The notes beneath the pieces are model-generated. The model did no database searches and was not told the origin of the DNA. It was given only the letters and a program-made list of their open reading frames with translations. Both the position numbers and the translations under genes were made by a program. Below are positions 51,778 to 64,000 of a DNA stretch of 64,000 nucleotides, piece after piece. Position 1 is the first letter of the stretch; every line of letters begins with the position of its first letter. This DNA comes from Lama glama. Taxonomy: Eukaryota. Location of the stretch: NCBI GenBank assembly GCA_028534125.1, contig CM052824.1, forward strand, positions 1,922,001 through 1,986,000, in the 5' to 3' direction.

Positions 51778-51940
51778 CAACTGGTTCTCAGTTTTGGCTG
51801 CCCTTTGGAATTACCTGGGGGAGCTTTCAAAACTACTCATGCCAAATCCAATCCCAAAGATTCTAATTTAACTGGACTGAGGTGCAGCCTGTAAAGGTTC
51901 CTCAGGTAAAATTAAGTGTAGCTAAGACTAAAAACTACTG
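51778..51940. mobile_element. MER5A1-like MITE
   Basis: 'tggttctcagttttggctgccctttggaattacctggggagct...aaaactactg'. Confidence 0.7.
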
Positions 51941-54900
51941 TTCTAAGTTCATACATAGTTATTTTAACATTAGGTTAACAATCCATCTTCTATCTAGTAG
52001 TTTACTAACTTAGCACCGAAAGCATCAAAGGATGTGAACACAATTTTGGTTAACACTAAATACGCAGATTTTTTACAGAATGAGAAAATGTGTGGACTCT
52101 GAATGCAATACATTTATTAAAATTTCAGAGACAAGATGAAGTTACTGCAGTTTAAATTATATAAAAGCAACAGAATTACAGGAGGGCATGTGTTCAGACA
52201 AGTTGGCATTCCATCCAGATAGGATCTGACAGGAGCTGATGAAGCCCAGCATCATATTCATTTCTACATGTCCAGCTTAGACACATCATTGTACTTGCAA
52301 AATTAAATGGGAGATCAAGGCCAAACTTGCAACTCAAGTTTAAAGACATTTTCCCCCTCAGAAAATAGCTGGTGTTCATGAAGTTCATAGTGTAACTTTG
52401 GTAGTCAGTTCAAAGGAAATGTTAGAAAATTAAGTTGAACCCCCTCTCCTAAGTAATTTTAGTTTGAAATTTTTTTCAAGAGTATATATCATTTTAAAGA
52501 TGGTGAGCAAAGTTTTGTTTCAATATCAATTCTGAATTAAAAATATGCCCACTTGAAAGATTTACCAAATGAAGTCAAAACAGTAATTCATAAAATGGAT
52601 ATTTACTACAAAGAAATAATTAAGATAAACTGGTACTAGATTTTTACGTCCTTAAAGGCAGCAACTGGGTCTCATTCATCTTCATATCCTTCAATGCCAT
52701 GCACCTAGGAGGTGCTCAATAATCATAGATTGAATTAATGAGTTTAATATTTTAGCCTAGCATTAATCAACATCAAGGTCAGCACAGACATTAGAAAAAT
52801 ACTAATAAAAATAATTATTTAACATGCTAAATGATTAAAGAATAAACTCTGCATATGGAAACTACTTGCTTGGCTAAAATGACATAAAATTAAAAAAAAA
52901 ATACCACGCTCGATGTTGTGAAAGGAGAATAAGAAAGAAACAGAGTTGATTCCTCAGGACATACAATCTTATTAAGAACACGAAAGCCAGTAACAGAATT
53001 TTAGAGCTCCAAGAGTCCTTATGTAACAGTTCATTAGAAGAAAAATGCCACATGATCATACAAAATTGAAAAGTGCCACAGGAATTCACATCAAGCTCCT
53101 GTGGTCCCACGCGGACTTGAAGTTATATCTTGACGGAAGGAAAGACCACATAGAGGGGGTGGAGGGCATTCAAGATTAGTGTAACTATATGAATAAAAGT
53201 CTAGAGTTAGAAAAGTACAAGATACTTTAGAAATTAAAAAATAATTTGATACGAATACAGTGTTTACATATGAGTGAGAGAAAAGACAAGGCTGAAAGGG
53301 AGTACTTAATGCTCAATTAAGGAATTTGGACTGAAAAGATAGAAAAGATAGAGTCTAAGAAAGAATAAATAGCTTTTAAGACATCACTAAAGTAACAATT
53401 TATCAAGGATAAATTACCTGATCCTTTTGTATTCTACTGAGGCAGTTAAGAGCAACAAAAACAATTGGACTGGTAGGTAATAAACATTTCTATTCATTTA
53501 TACATTTTACCTTAATATTCTTTTTAAAGTACTGAAGTTTATAAACAAATTTTAGAAGAGAGAGTGTAGTGATGGGATTCATTTATATACTTTGATAGTT
53601 TGATTTAACTATTTTAAAACAGGGAACACATTTAATTTTTAACTTATAATTCTTAAGTAAAATGAAAAAAATGTATGGCAGTTGTCCAATCAGAGAATGG
53701 CCTATTCCTTAAGGTATAATTTGATTTGAATAGAAATTATTATTTAGAAAAATCAAAGCTGAATTCCATTCCTACTGTTCTTACTGCTAATAATGAGTAA
53801 TTGGCATAGCCCTTACACTATTCTTAGCATGAAACTTGGCACTTTGGCACAACACTGATGTCAGCTCAACTTAGGGTAGGAACTCAGTTATTGACTAAAT
53901 ACTGAAATGAGATGGCAGTGTTTTGCTGAACATTACCACGCAGCATTCCAAATTTCGCATTACATTTTGGAATCATCTTGTTTTCCTTACATATTTTATT
54001 TAAAAAATTGAGGAAAATGTCCAACATAAACAAAAGTATAACAACATAATAAAACCTCATGAACCTACAACCAGCCTAGCATCGACAACTATCAATATTC
54101 CCAGCGTTGTTTCAACTATCCTCATTTTTTCTTCTGAAATATTTTAAAGCAATTCTCAGACACGATATAGCTTATAAATAAATATTTCAGAATGTACCTC
54201 TAACAGACACAGACTTAACATAAAAAGATACATGGAAAGAGGCTGTTCCTCCTGAAATTTTTCCCTTCTCAAACGGCTCAAGCCAAAACCTCAGAGTCAT
54301 CCTTGATTCATCTTTGTCTCATACCCTAGGGTCAATATGACACCCAACACTGGACGGATTCTGAACCTGCTATCACTCTTATTTATGTCANNNNNNNNNN
54401 NNNNNNNNNNNNNNNNNNNNNNNNNNNNNNNNNNNNNNNNNNNNNNNNNNNNNNNNNNNNNNNNNNNNNNNNNNNNNNNNNNNNNNNNNNNNNNNNNNNN
54501 NNNNNNNNNNNNNNNNNNNNNNNNNNNNNNNNNNNNNNNNNNNNNNNNNNNNNNNNNNNNNNNNNNNNNNNNNNNNNNNNNNNNNNNNNNNNNNNNNNNN
54601 NNNNNNNNNNNNNNNNNNNNNNNNNNNNNNNNNNNNNNNNNNNNNNNNNNNNNNNNNNNNNNNNNNNNNNNNNNNNNNNNNNNNNNNNNNNNNNNNNNNN
54701 NNNNNNNNNNNNNNNNNNNNNNNNNNNNNNNNNNNNNNNNNNNNNNNNNNNNNNNNNNNNNNNNNNNNNNNNNNNNNNNNNNNNNNNNNNNNNNNNNNNN
54801 NNNNNNNNNNNNNNNNNNNNNNNNNNNNNNNNNNNNNNNNNNNNNNNNNNNNNNNNNNNNNNNNNNNNNNNNNNNNNNNNNNNNNNNNNNAGAGAATGTT

Positions 54901-55199
54901 GTTGCCGTGACTACGCCATTAACTTAAACACCAGATTGTTTATAACCTATGTTGTGGTGAAATTTACATCTGCTCGTAGATTTAACTGAGTTGGCATAAT
55001 GTGGGGGATGACTGTAGAAAACAGTCCAAGTTCCCTAGCACTGGCACTTCCTTAATTTCTGAATACCGCGAGATAGTTAACTTTTCCCCTTAAAGTGTAT
55101 TTGAAACATGTCACTGTCACTATAGGCACGATATTAATCTCCACCCCCCACCCTACTCCGACCCACTGCCCTACTGCCAGTGATTCCCATTTCAAAAAT

Positions 55200-56700
55200 G
55201 AGTGAGAACCCCCAGATTCCGTGGCCTTGGCATAGTCTGGACGCCAACTGGCGATCTCCATTTCGCCCGCGGACTGGCAAGCCCAGGGGCTGTCCTCTTA
55301 GGGGGAGAGAGGGAGAGAGGACTGCAGGGAACTGTGCTGGCAGCGCTCTGGATTGGGGCAGGAAAAGGAAACTTCCTTCTTGGGCTCGGCGAGGAGAGTC
55401 CGAGGGAGGAAAGGAAAGGGTGGGGGTGGTGCAAGAATGGTCGGTCTCAGTTACTCCGCGGACCCGCCAGGCCTCCGCCCACCCCGGGAGGGAGGTCACA
55501 CGAGCACCGGCGTCGTGGGGTTACGAAGGCCGGCGGCGTTGAGCCTCGGTGTCCTCCAGAGGAGGGAGGCAGCTCCGGGCCCCGTCCCTACTGCGCCCCG
55601 CTTCCCAGGGAGCGGCGGTTGGGCATGAGCGGGGAGGAAAACGGCCGCCGGGCGCGGAGGGGCACCAGGCCGCGCCCGTCCCCCGGGCCTCGGGACGCGC
55701 AGGCCCGCCCTGCGGTCGGCGCAGCCCGGTGCGGAGGGCGCGGCCGCCTCAGGCGACCCCTCCCTGGCCTTCCCGGCCGTCGCCGCCCTGCTTCCCACCG
55801 CGGTACCTGCACTGCACGACTGAGAAAGGTGCCTGCGTCGGCCGCCAGCTTCTTCACGTTGAAGTCCATGATGTTCATCCTGGGCGGCAGCCGGGCGGAG
55901 CTGCCCGCTGACCTACAGGGGAGGCGGAGGCGCCGCGGCCGGGCTGGGGCGCCGGGCGAGAGCGGCGGGGGCAGACGTGGTAGGTGGAGGGAGGCGGCGC
56001 CAGCCCCGCCGCCGCAGCTGTCGTTTCCGCGCAGGGGGAGAAAGAGGGTGGGGCGGGGCAGAGACCGGGCGCCTCGGAGCCGGCCGCGCGCCCAGGCGGC
56101 GGCGGCGGCCGAGTCGCTGGGTCTGTCCCGCCGGGAGTGCTGCCGCTAACGTCGGCGGAGGGCCGCGGAGGGCCTGCAGGGCACCGACTGGCGTCCGGGC
56201 CGTGCGGGGCCGGGACCCCAACGGAGCGAGGGAGCGCGCGGGCCGTGGGGCGGAGCCTTTATGGAGGTTACCGCGGGAACAGCGACCCCTTCAGGATCGC
56301 CGCGGCCCAGCCGCGGGGCGCGCCGGGAGCTCTGCGCCGTCGGCCGCCGGGGAGCGTTGTGTTCGTCACGAGGGGCGCAACCTGGGGCCGCTGACGCGCT
56401 ATGTGTTTGCAGTTAAGCCCCTGAGAACCAAGAGCAGAGACAACCCGCACCCCTCGTTTTGTTTTAAGAGAAAATATGGAAATTGTAGCATAGATTTACA
56501 GTATCTGTGAAATTAGAACCAAGTTTCCTGTCATCTGGTAGCCGTCGCGCCCCGCTGGCCTCCGACGCCTGGGTGGCTCTCGTTTGCAAAATAAGATTGA
56601 ATTTAATGCCCCCACCGAGCCTGCGGTTCATTCATTCAGCATTCTTGAGTATGTGCCGTGTACCTGCACTGAGCCCTGTGCTGGAGGGACCGTGCTGAAC
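55200..56700. promoter_or_regulatory. CpG island: promoter, 5' UTR and exon 1 of SH3GLB1
   Basis: Very high GC and CpG density against AT-rich flanks. GC boxes GGGGCGGGG (about 56050) and GGGGCGGAG (about 56247). No obvious TATA box. Confidence 0.92.
55807..55878 (-). CDS. SH3GLB1: SH3GLB1 (endophilin B1) coding exon 1, MNIMDFNVKKLAADAGTFLSRAVQ (N-terminal amphipathic helix H0)
   Basis: The translation matches the endophilin B1 N-terminus. ATG is at 55878 inside a CpG island. The exon is 72 nt, phase 0, with donor CAG|GTACCG. Confidence 0.97.
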
Positions 56701-57045
56701 AGGCGTGTCCCTGCCCGCAGAAGTTCTCAGCTGGGTTACTTGACAGCCACCAGGGGCTTCTCTCCCTCCGTTTCTCCCCCACCTCTACCCCCACTCCCTC
56801 CAAATTCCGTCACCATTTGCTGCAGGAAGGACTTTATGGCTGGCAGAGGCAGCATGCACACGCGGGATTACGGGATCAACACTAGGTACCTGCTCTGTGC
56901 GAGATACAGTGCCAGGTGGAGGACGCAAAGAAGCGTTAAGAGGGTGAGTGAGATACGGTAGCCCTTAATGATTCAGCGAGGCGAATTTTAATAACTAATG
57001 AGAATGCGGTGTGAAATCTATTAAAAACTCCGTAATTCTGAGTCT

Positions 57046-57526
57046 CGTTACTGAAGGGAACTTGGGCCCCCCGCTGGCCCACACTAAAGCCAGTCTATTT
57101 ACAGAGGCTTGTGGTGAAGGGAAGCGCAGCGTTTACTGTAAGGCGCCACACAAGCAGTGCCAGACAGCTCGTGCTGAAGACGGCGGAACTCCTGGATGGG
57201 TTTCAGAAAGCATCTTTTAAAGGCCGGGTGAAGGGGAGGGTGGGTCCGCAGGGTATGCGATCAGCTCCTGTGTAATTCTCTGATTGGCTGATGGTGAGGT
57301 GACGTGGTGGTGTCAGGGGGTTTAACGCCAGTGCATAGGCTCCAGCCGGCCTGGAGGCTATGTGCTTGTGTTAACTTCCATTTGGTGGGGGTTTTCACAC
57401 CTGTGAAACAATTCAGGCAATGTGCATCAGATGCAATTACCTAAGTATGTCAGGGAGGAGCTAGAGCAGAGCATATGGGGAAGTGGTCTGTCCTCGGAAG
57501 GCCCCATAGGGTCCTGTTCCTTTAGA
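57046..57526 (-). mobile_element. ERV1 solo LTR (MER21-like)
   Basis: 'gatcagctcctgtgtaattctctgattggctgatggtgaggt' and 'ggaaggccccatagggtcctg'. About 480 bp, with degenerate TG..CA ends. Confidence 0.65.
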
Positions 57527-57638
57527 CCGTCTTCTTAAGCAGTCTTCATGACACAGCCTATGCATAAACTAAGCTGAAACAGGTGCAAGTACAGAGGGCG
57601 AGACGTTAGTATTTCAAAAATAAGAAAAGGCTTTATGT

Positions 57639-57642
<4 letters not shown>

Positions 57643-57674
<32 letters not shown>
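57643..57674. repeat. (TG)16 microsatellite
   Basis: Perfect dinucleotide run. Confidence 0.97.
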
Positions 57675-57677
<3 letters not shown>

Positions 57678-59093
57678 CTGTGCCCTTTTGTTACATTAGG
57701 GCTGAGAAAATGCAGTCCCAGCAGGCAATGAAATGAGCTCACATTCATGCCTCCAGTATTTTACTGAAACAGCAGTCCCAGAAGCAGTGACTGTGTTAAA
57801 GGCACAAAGGTTAGTTCCTAATGGCATCATAAAGGACAGTGGATAACATATAAATATTTGTGTTCTTTGTAGTTGTGACAGAAACAACTATTTCTTCCTA
57901 AGGTAACTACAAAAAAATGAATCTGCTCCATCTATCCTTCATCTCAACATATTTTTCCAGAAATACAGAAAAAGAAATATGGAATCAGGAATCTTGTTTT
58001 TCATCTATTGTCCATTTTGGATTTTTACATGGAAAACACTTTCCAGATGTCTGTCTTCACAGTGAAGTATATTTGTCATAATCTATGTCCATTTCTACAA
58101 AAAGAATCACAACACCACATTCACCATTAGAGGAAAAATCTCTTCCTCAAACTTGTAGTTCTGCCGACTTGAAAAAAAAGTCTTCACTTATTCCTGCTGA
58201 GCTCTCTATAGTTATAATCTGTTTCTCTTGTTTCACCGACAGATTCATGAGACTAGTGTATTGTCTCTATTTCCTTACCATCCTTACCATCTTAGAATTT
58301 CCTGCCTAATTCCATGCAGTTAACTTCCACTTCTATAACTATACCTAAACAGCATTCCTGAGGTTGCCAGTTATCTTCCTGACAAATCAGAACCCTTTTC
58401 TCAGACTTCCTCAGTGACTCTACCCATCCAGTTCCCAAGAACACACCCCTTTCCAGGGCCTTACGTTTCCTGGTTTTCCTGCTACCTCCTGGACTTTCTC
58501 TCATTCTATTCTGCTGGCACCTCTGATGACTTTACTGTAGGTATTCCTCAAAGCTCAATGTTAAACACTTATTTTTTGTTGTTCTCTTTGATTAGTTTCT
58601 TAATGGCAACTTCAATTATATCACTTCATTCTTTTGTTCATTCGTTTAGTAAATATTTTTTGAGTACCTACTATGTGCCATGTGACATTGTTTTTGTGAC
58701 TGGGAATGTAGCAGGCAATGAGACAGACAGCCCTTGCGCTCTTCAGAGCTTATGACTAATCTGGTAGAACAGAAATTGAATAAGTAGTTATAAGTATGGT
58801 AGAATGCCAAGGGAGATTCCAGAGTGCTCTTAAATGTTCACCTCCAGTCTGTACCTAGTAACCTAAATTTTTAATGTTTGAAGGCTTGGTCTTTCTGTAA
58901 AGGTTCCAGATCCCCTTCTAATGCTTTCTTTTTCTGTCCCCTATACTAACTTCTTATTTCGACAGTACACGATATTAGGAAAGCAATCTTTTAAAGCTCA
59001 TAAAAAGTGCTGAAATCACCCCCAAAGTTTTTAGCTTAAAAAAAAAACCTTTATAAAAATGGCATTTTAGGTAGTATGGTATGTATTTTAATT

Positions 59094-59116
59094 TGTGTGT
59101 GTGTGTGTGTGTGTGT
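59094..59116. repeat. (TG)11 microsatellite
   Basis: Perfect dinucleotide run. Confidence 0.95.
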
Positions 59117-61030
59117 CTGACAAAGTGTTCATTACGTTCTGTTTAGACCCATGACATCAAAAGTGGAGGTATATACACTTCATAGGTGTGCAAGATCATC
59201 CCCTGGGGTGAAGAGAGACATATTAGAAGATTGATTTGTGTTTATTTTTATCTAATAGATAGACAAATTTGTTTCATAAGTTAAAAAATATGGATTGACA
59301 TTGGTGTCCCCACCTTGCATTTATCAGATAGACACACATCACAGACAGTAAATGAGGTAACCTAAGGGAAAAGTGGGAATTCCACAACTTGGAAGAATTG
59401 AAATTAGTGCTTTCCTTTGTTTATTTGCTTCAGTATATGGTCACATAATGCATTGTGACCAGTTACATGTCTTTGCACATTATATTATCTAAGTTTTAAC
59501 TAAATAAAGATTCACAGTAATAGACAAGTAGCCTAAAGAGGTTTCCCCAAATAAATCATCATTAAAAATGTGTATACAAGCATAAGCAAACAAGAAATGC
59601 CAGAGCTGATACTTGTTGAATTTATCAGGAAAAGTGTTGAAAATGGATTTAAAGATGATTAATATTTGGTTCCAGCTTTCAAGGAACTCAGAATCTAGTG
59701 GGGGAAACAGATTAAAAATTATAACAGTGTGAGAACTATAAAAGCGCGTGTAAAGTTGGGTAAGGGTGAGGAAGTGTTGAGGAAGTGGGTATTACCAGGA
59801 TAAGGGAGGTGATAATTAAGACTTCTTGAACTGGCTTTTGATTGAATTCATCTGGCAGATTGAGGCGTTGGCGGGTGGAGGAGGGGTTGGGGAGAAATGA
59901 TCAGAATTTCAATTTGGAAATGTTTGGGTAGTGTGGATAATGGTTGGAGGGGGCAAGGACGGGTAGGAAAAATCATTAGGTGTCTATTACCATACTTACC
60001 TTGTACTCTGCTATCTTGAAATCTTAGATTTGGAAATCTCCTTTTGACTAGAATTCCTTCTCTTTGATCTCTTTGACTCCTTTACTCATTTAAGTGTGTT
60101 CTCATCATCATCAGGCCTGTGATTCCATGCCTCGTTTTTATTCGCCCTATTTTTAACTCTCACCAGCATTCTCAGTTTCCTCCACCCTTCTGACCAATCA
60201 ATCTACATTCCTGGATGAATGTTTTCTCTGTTCATGCTCTCACACTGCCAAGCATTGTTAGAGAAAATTGTACAACCTTGTAGATGGATGCTAATACCAA
60301 TGCATGATTTCTTACTTCCGTTGAATCTTTGTAACTGCGTAGCAATGCTTCTACTTCTTAACTTTTTCACACTGTCTGCAGAGCCTGCAAAACTGTGAAC
60401 TTTTCCACTCTCCTAAGATGCCTTCTTCAGTCTCATATACTCTTATTCTTAGCCCTTGATGCTTTTTCTATGCAGAGAAATTACAAATCATCAAGTTGTT
60501 TGGTAGGAGCTCCTTCAATAAAATTCCCTTGTTTCCACCTTTTATCCGTCTCCACACTCCTCCCCCATTAGTGCCAAATGTTTCAAAGGAAGCATCCCAG
60601 GTGTTCTCTTCTGAGTTGAGCTACTGCTCTCTTAACCTTGGCTGCATATTAGCATCACCTGGAGAATTTAAACAACTGATGCCTAGACCACAACCCCAGA
60701 GTGTGGACTGGGCCAAATTTCTCTGGCTTGGACTACTANNNNNNNNNNNNNNNNNNNNNNNNNNNNNNNNNNNNNNNNNNNNNNNNNNNNNNNNNNNNNN
60801 NNNNNNNNNNNNNNNNNNNNNNNNNNNNNNNNNNNNNNNNNNNNNNNNNNNNNNNNNNNNNNNNNNNNNNNNNNNNNNNNNNNNNNNNNNNNNNNNNNNN
60901 NNNNNNNNNNNNNNNNNNNNNNNNNNNNNNNNNNNNNNNNNNNNNNNNNNNNNNNNNNNNNNNNNNNNNNNNNNNNNNNNNNNNNNNNNNNNNNNNNNNN
61001 NNNNNNNNNNNNNNNNNNNNNNNNNNNNNN

Positions 61031-63465
61031 ATTCTTGCATCCATGGAATAAATCCCTCTTGGTCATGGTATACAGTCCTTTTAATATATTGTTGAATTGA
61101 GTTTGCTAAGGTTTTGTTGAGGATTTTTGCATCTATGTTCATTAGATGTATTGGCCTCTAATTTTCTTTTCTTGTAATGTCCTTGTCTGATTTTGGTATC
61201 AGGCTAATGTTAACCCCATAAGATGAGTTTGGAAGCATTTCCTCTTCTATTTTTTTGGAGAGTTTGAAAAGGATTGACATTAATTCTTCTATGAAGGTTT
61301 GGTAGAATTCACCAGTGAAGTCATTTGGTCCTGTACGTTTAGTTGTTGGGAGGTTTTTGACTCCTGATTCAGTCTCCTCACTAGAAATCAGTCTGTTCAG
61401 ATTTTCTGTTTCTTCCTGACTCACTCTTGGTGGGTTGTATGACTCTCTGCTGGTCTCTGCATTAGGTGAAACAGCCGCCTCTCACGTTCATGACGTAGTG
61501 GCTTCATGTAGTAGACGAACCCTGCCCTAGCCCTTGGTTGTCTCTCAGACCTTTGTGACTGTCCAAGGAGCTTGTTGTATTTTTAATAGTTCTCAGTAGT
61601 TGAGGGTGTGCCAAGACCTGTCAGTGTCCCAAAGGAGAGAATTTCAGTCAGCACCTAAATGCAGGCTGATTTGAAGCCAGACCCTCAGACAGCAACTGTT
61701 AAAGTATGCAAATATATACAGTGCTGGGCGTCCACAAGTGTAAGCCCCACTGTTCACCAGAATCAGACAATGTGAAGGTCTCCCCTGGGTGGCAGTCATT
61801 AAAAGCAGGGCCCTAGACAAGTGTATAAGCTCTTTTCTGAGAGGTACTGGTGAGATGTAGTCAGGCAGTGCAAATATGGTGTCCACCGGCCTGCGTTCCC
61901 TGAGAGAAGCTCTGTAGGCCCCTGGGTGTGTGCCTAACCCATGTGACCACAACTCCAGGACAAGAAGATAGGCTTCTTTCAGAAAAAGACTGGAGATGTC
62001 TTTCAGTCTGTTGTCTGTGCAGTACCTTGAGGGTAGTAGCCTGTCAAGAATTGTCAGGCTATTGCCTTCAGGGGATCCAGGAACACAAGACCCCTGGCCT
62101 CAAGAGCCAAGCTGTCAAGGGGCATCACCTGGACAGCAGCCTTGAAAACCCAGGTACTAGACATTAAAAACCAGGGGACCAGATGTGTGTAAGCATTCCC
62201 CTCCAGGACATTGGCACTTGGCCGCACGGCAGAGGGAGAGCGCAAGGCAGCACCTGCCCTGTGAGCTCTGTGGAAAGGATTACAGTCAGCCCTTAACGTG
62301 TGTGTTCAGCTAGAAGCCTGCTTCTTGGGCTGCTTCTGTGATGATTAGCTGATGGATTTCTTTCACAGAGGCTGTTGCCTCTCCCTGTGCTCCAGGGGTG
62401 ATGTCTGTTTAAGAACTCTTTTTCCATTGGTTACAGTCTTACAAGACTTGCAAGCATAAGCCCCACTGGCCACTAGAGCCGGCTCACCTAGAGGTGTCCT
62501 GTGTAGCAGCTTCAAAAATGAGGTGCCTGACAAAGGTATACATTCCTTTCTGGGAGATACTGGTGACTTGGATGAAGGCAGAGGAGTTGTGCAAAGATTC
62601 CGTCCACCCGCCTGTACTCCCTGAGAGCACTTCTTAGGCCGCCTGGTAAGTGTCAAGCCAGAAGCCTGCGCCTCAGGCTGGAGCCCTTTCACAGACTGGA
62701 GGTGTGTTTTAGCCTGCTGTCGGGGCAATGCCCGGGGGTGGTAGCCTTCCAAGTGCTGCCTCTCTGATTGTTACATTCCCTCCAGGCCCAAGAACACAAG
62801 CTCCTGGAACCAGGCAATCAAGGGGCATCCCCTGGGCCACAGCTGCATAAGTCAGAGCCCCAGACCTGTGTAAAAACTCCTTCTGGGAGATACTGGTGAT
62901 CCGGAGCACTGTAGAGGGACAGTGGGGAGATGGTGCCTACAGTCTGTAGTGAGGCAGAGGGGGAGTGTAAAGACGGCGTGCACTGGAAAGAGAGAAAAAG
63001 AGATTGTGTCCACTGGCTAAAGCAATGCAGGGGGAGCACACAAAGGTGACGTCCAGCAGCCTTTGTCCCCAGAGAGTGATTCAGCAGGTTTGTAGATGTG
63101 TGAGTTAAATGAGATGCCTGCCCCTCAGGCCAATGCTTTAATATGAACCGAGTGAGCCTCTTTCACTTTGCTATTGGCTGTCTCTGAGCTGGGCCCTGGG
63201 GAGGATGGATCCTCGCACCAGCCTTGTAAGAGCCATTTCTCAGTCTTGTGGGGCTCATGTATTCAAACCCCACCGGTTTTCAAAGCTCATCTCTCAGGTG
63301 CAGGTCTTAAAAGCTGGGGTGCCTGATGAGGGGTTCCACACCTTTGCATCTCAGTAAGAAGCTCTGGGTTTGAATTCCTTCTGATTCTGGGTTGCCATGT
63401 GGAAGGGGGGTTTATGGTGAGACTGTGTCCCAGCCTCTCCTACGCACTTCAGAGTGGTTTTTCTT
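61031..63465 (-). mobile_element. L1 element: degenerate ORF2 segment (61031-61441) joined to a repetitive 5' UTR (about 61442-63465)
   Basis: ORF2 peptides QEETENLNRLISSEE...GPNDFTGEFYQTF...LPNSSY...LIPKSDKD...KEN and [22 protein letters not shown]...[11 protein letters not shown]. The upstream 2 kb has L1 5'-UTR-like repeated units. Confidence 0.85.
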
Positions 63466-64000
63466 TTTAAATATTGAAACCATTTCAAACTTACAAAAAT
63501 TTATAGTGACCAATGTTTATATGAATTTCTTTCTGGGCTTAGACGTTCCAAGATCATTTAGATATTGTAAATTTGAAACCCTATCAGTGGGAATCATAAT
63601 AATAAATTCTTTGGGGAGAACTTTTCCCCCCTTTTCAGAACTCATTCCATGATAGAAAATCTTCCTGGTTGTCTTGCTGTGGCGGGGGTGCCTTTTCCCT
63701 GAGGGTATGGAACTCCCAGATGTTTAGTTGATGTGCACAGGGGAAGCGCATAGGAGGGGTTCGCCGTTTCTAATTTCTGCTCGCAGCAAGGGCCCAAATT
63801 CTTATCTCTGGCTACCACACGGGTTTAAAGATTCAAGCACCTTCCTCGTCCAACTGCCTTCCCACTCAGTATAGGGTCATAGTGTGTGCTCCTGGCTCTA
63901 GCCTAGTATTCAGTTCCTTCTTTATTTCTGTCACCTAACTATTTCTCTGTCTTTTTTGTAAGCTCAAATATGTATTAAAATATATTTTTTGCACTTCACC

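Noticed and set aside
54391-54890. 500-nt N-gap in intron 1 as a hidden exon
   Set aside because: It is a round-number gap adjoining an L2-like fragment, and no additional coding exon is needed there.
55134-56510. Long overlapping ORFs in the CpG island (for example 315 aa at 55202-56149, 177 aa at 55977-56510)
   Set aside because: They are R/G/P/A-rich translations expected from stop-poor GC-rich DNA, with no recognisable domain. Only the 24-codon exon 1 is supported.
1-64000. CRISPR arrays, operons, defence systems, rRNA genes or a new multi-gene system
   Set aside because: This is intron-containing mammalian DNA. I saw no repeat-spacer array, rRNA-like sequence or second credible protein-coding gene.

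Overview
This is mammalian genomic DNA, not a prokaryotic locus. It is probably from a camelid, inferred from a tRNA-Ala-type SINE head and an L1 3' tail; the species cannot be confirmed from the window. The one protein-coding gene is SH3GLB1 (endophilin B1/Bif-1, N-BAR + SH3) on the minus strand. It runs from a CpG-island promoter at about 55.2-56.7 kb to a stop codon at 24790, with a 3' UTR extending leftwards. Seven constitutive coding exons and a 24-nt neural microexon (IWAEEVTK) are visible with canonical GT-AG ends. The expected exons 2 and 3 and the neural QLNSARLEGDNIM-type exon are not visible, and each expected position coincides with an N-gap. The rest is intergenic or intronic DNA rich in old repeats (L2, MIR, L1, MER5A, MER20, MER63, Charlie-type hAT, MaLR/ERV LTRs) and microsatellites. 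The best leads lie in the alternatively spliced part of the gene: a candidate 19-nt frame-shifting microexon with an SRRM4-type UGC, a perfect 14-bp inverted repeat and an RBFOX site. A chimeric tRNA-SINE/LTR retroposon at about 13.0-13.5 kb is also notable. No new multi-gene system is supported. Exon numbers follow the 11-exon model. Repeat family names and human comparisons come from recalled sequences, not database searches.
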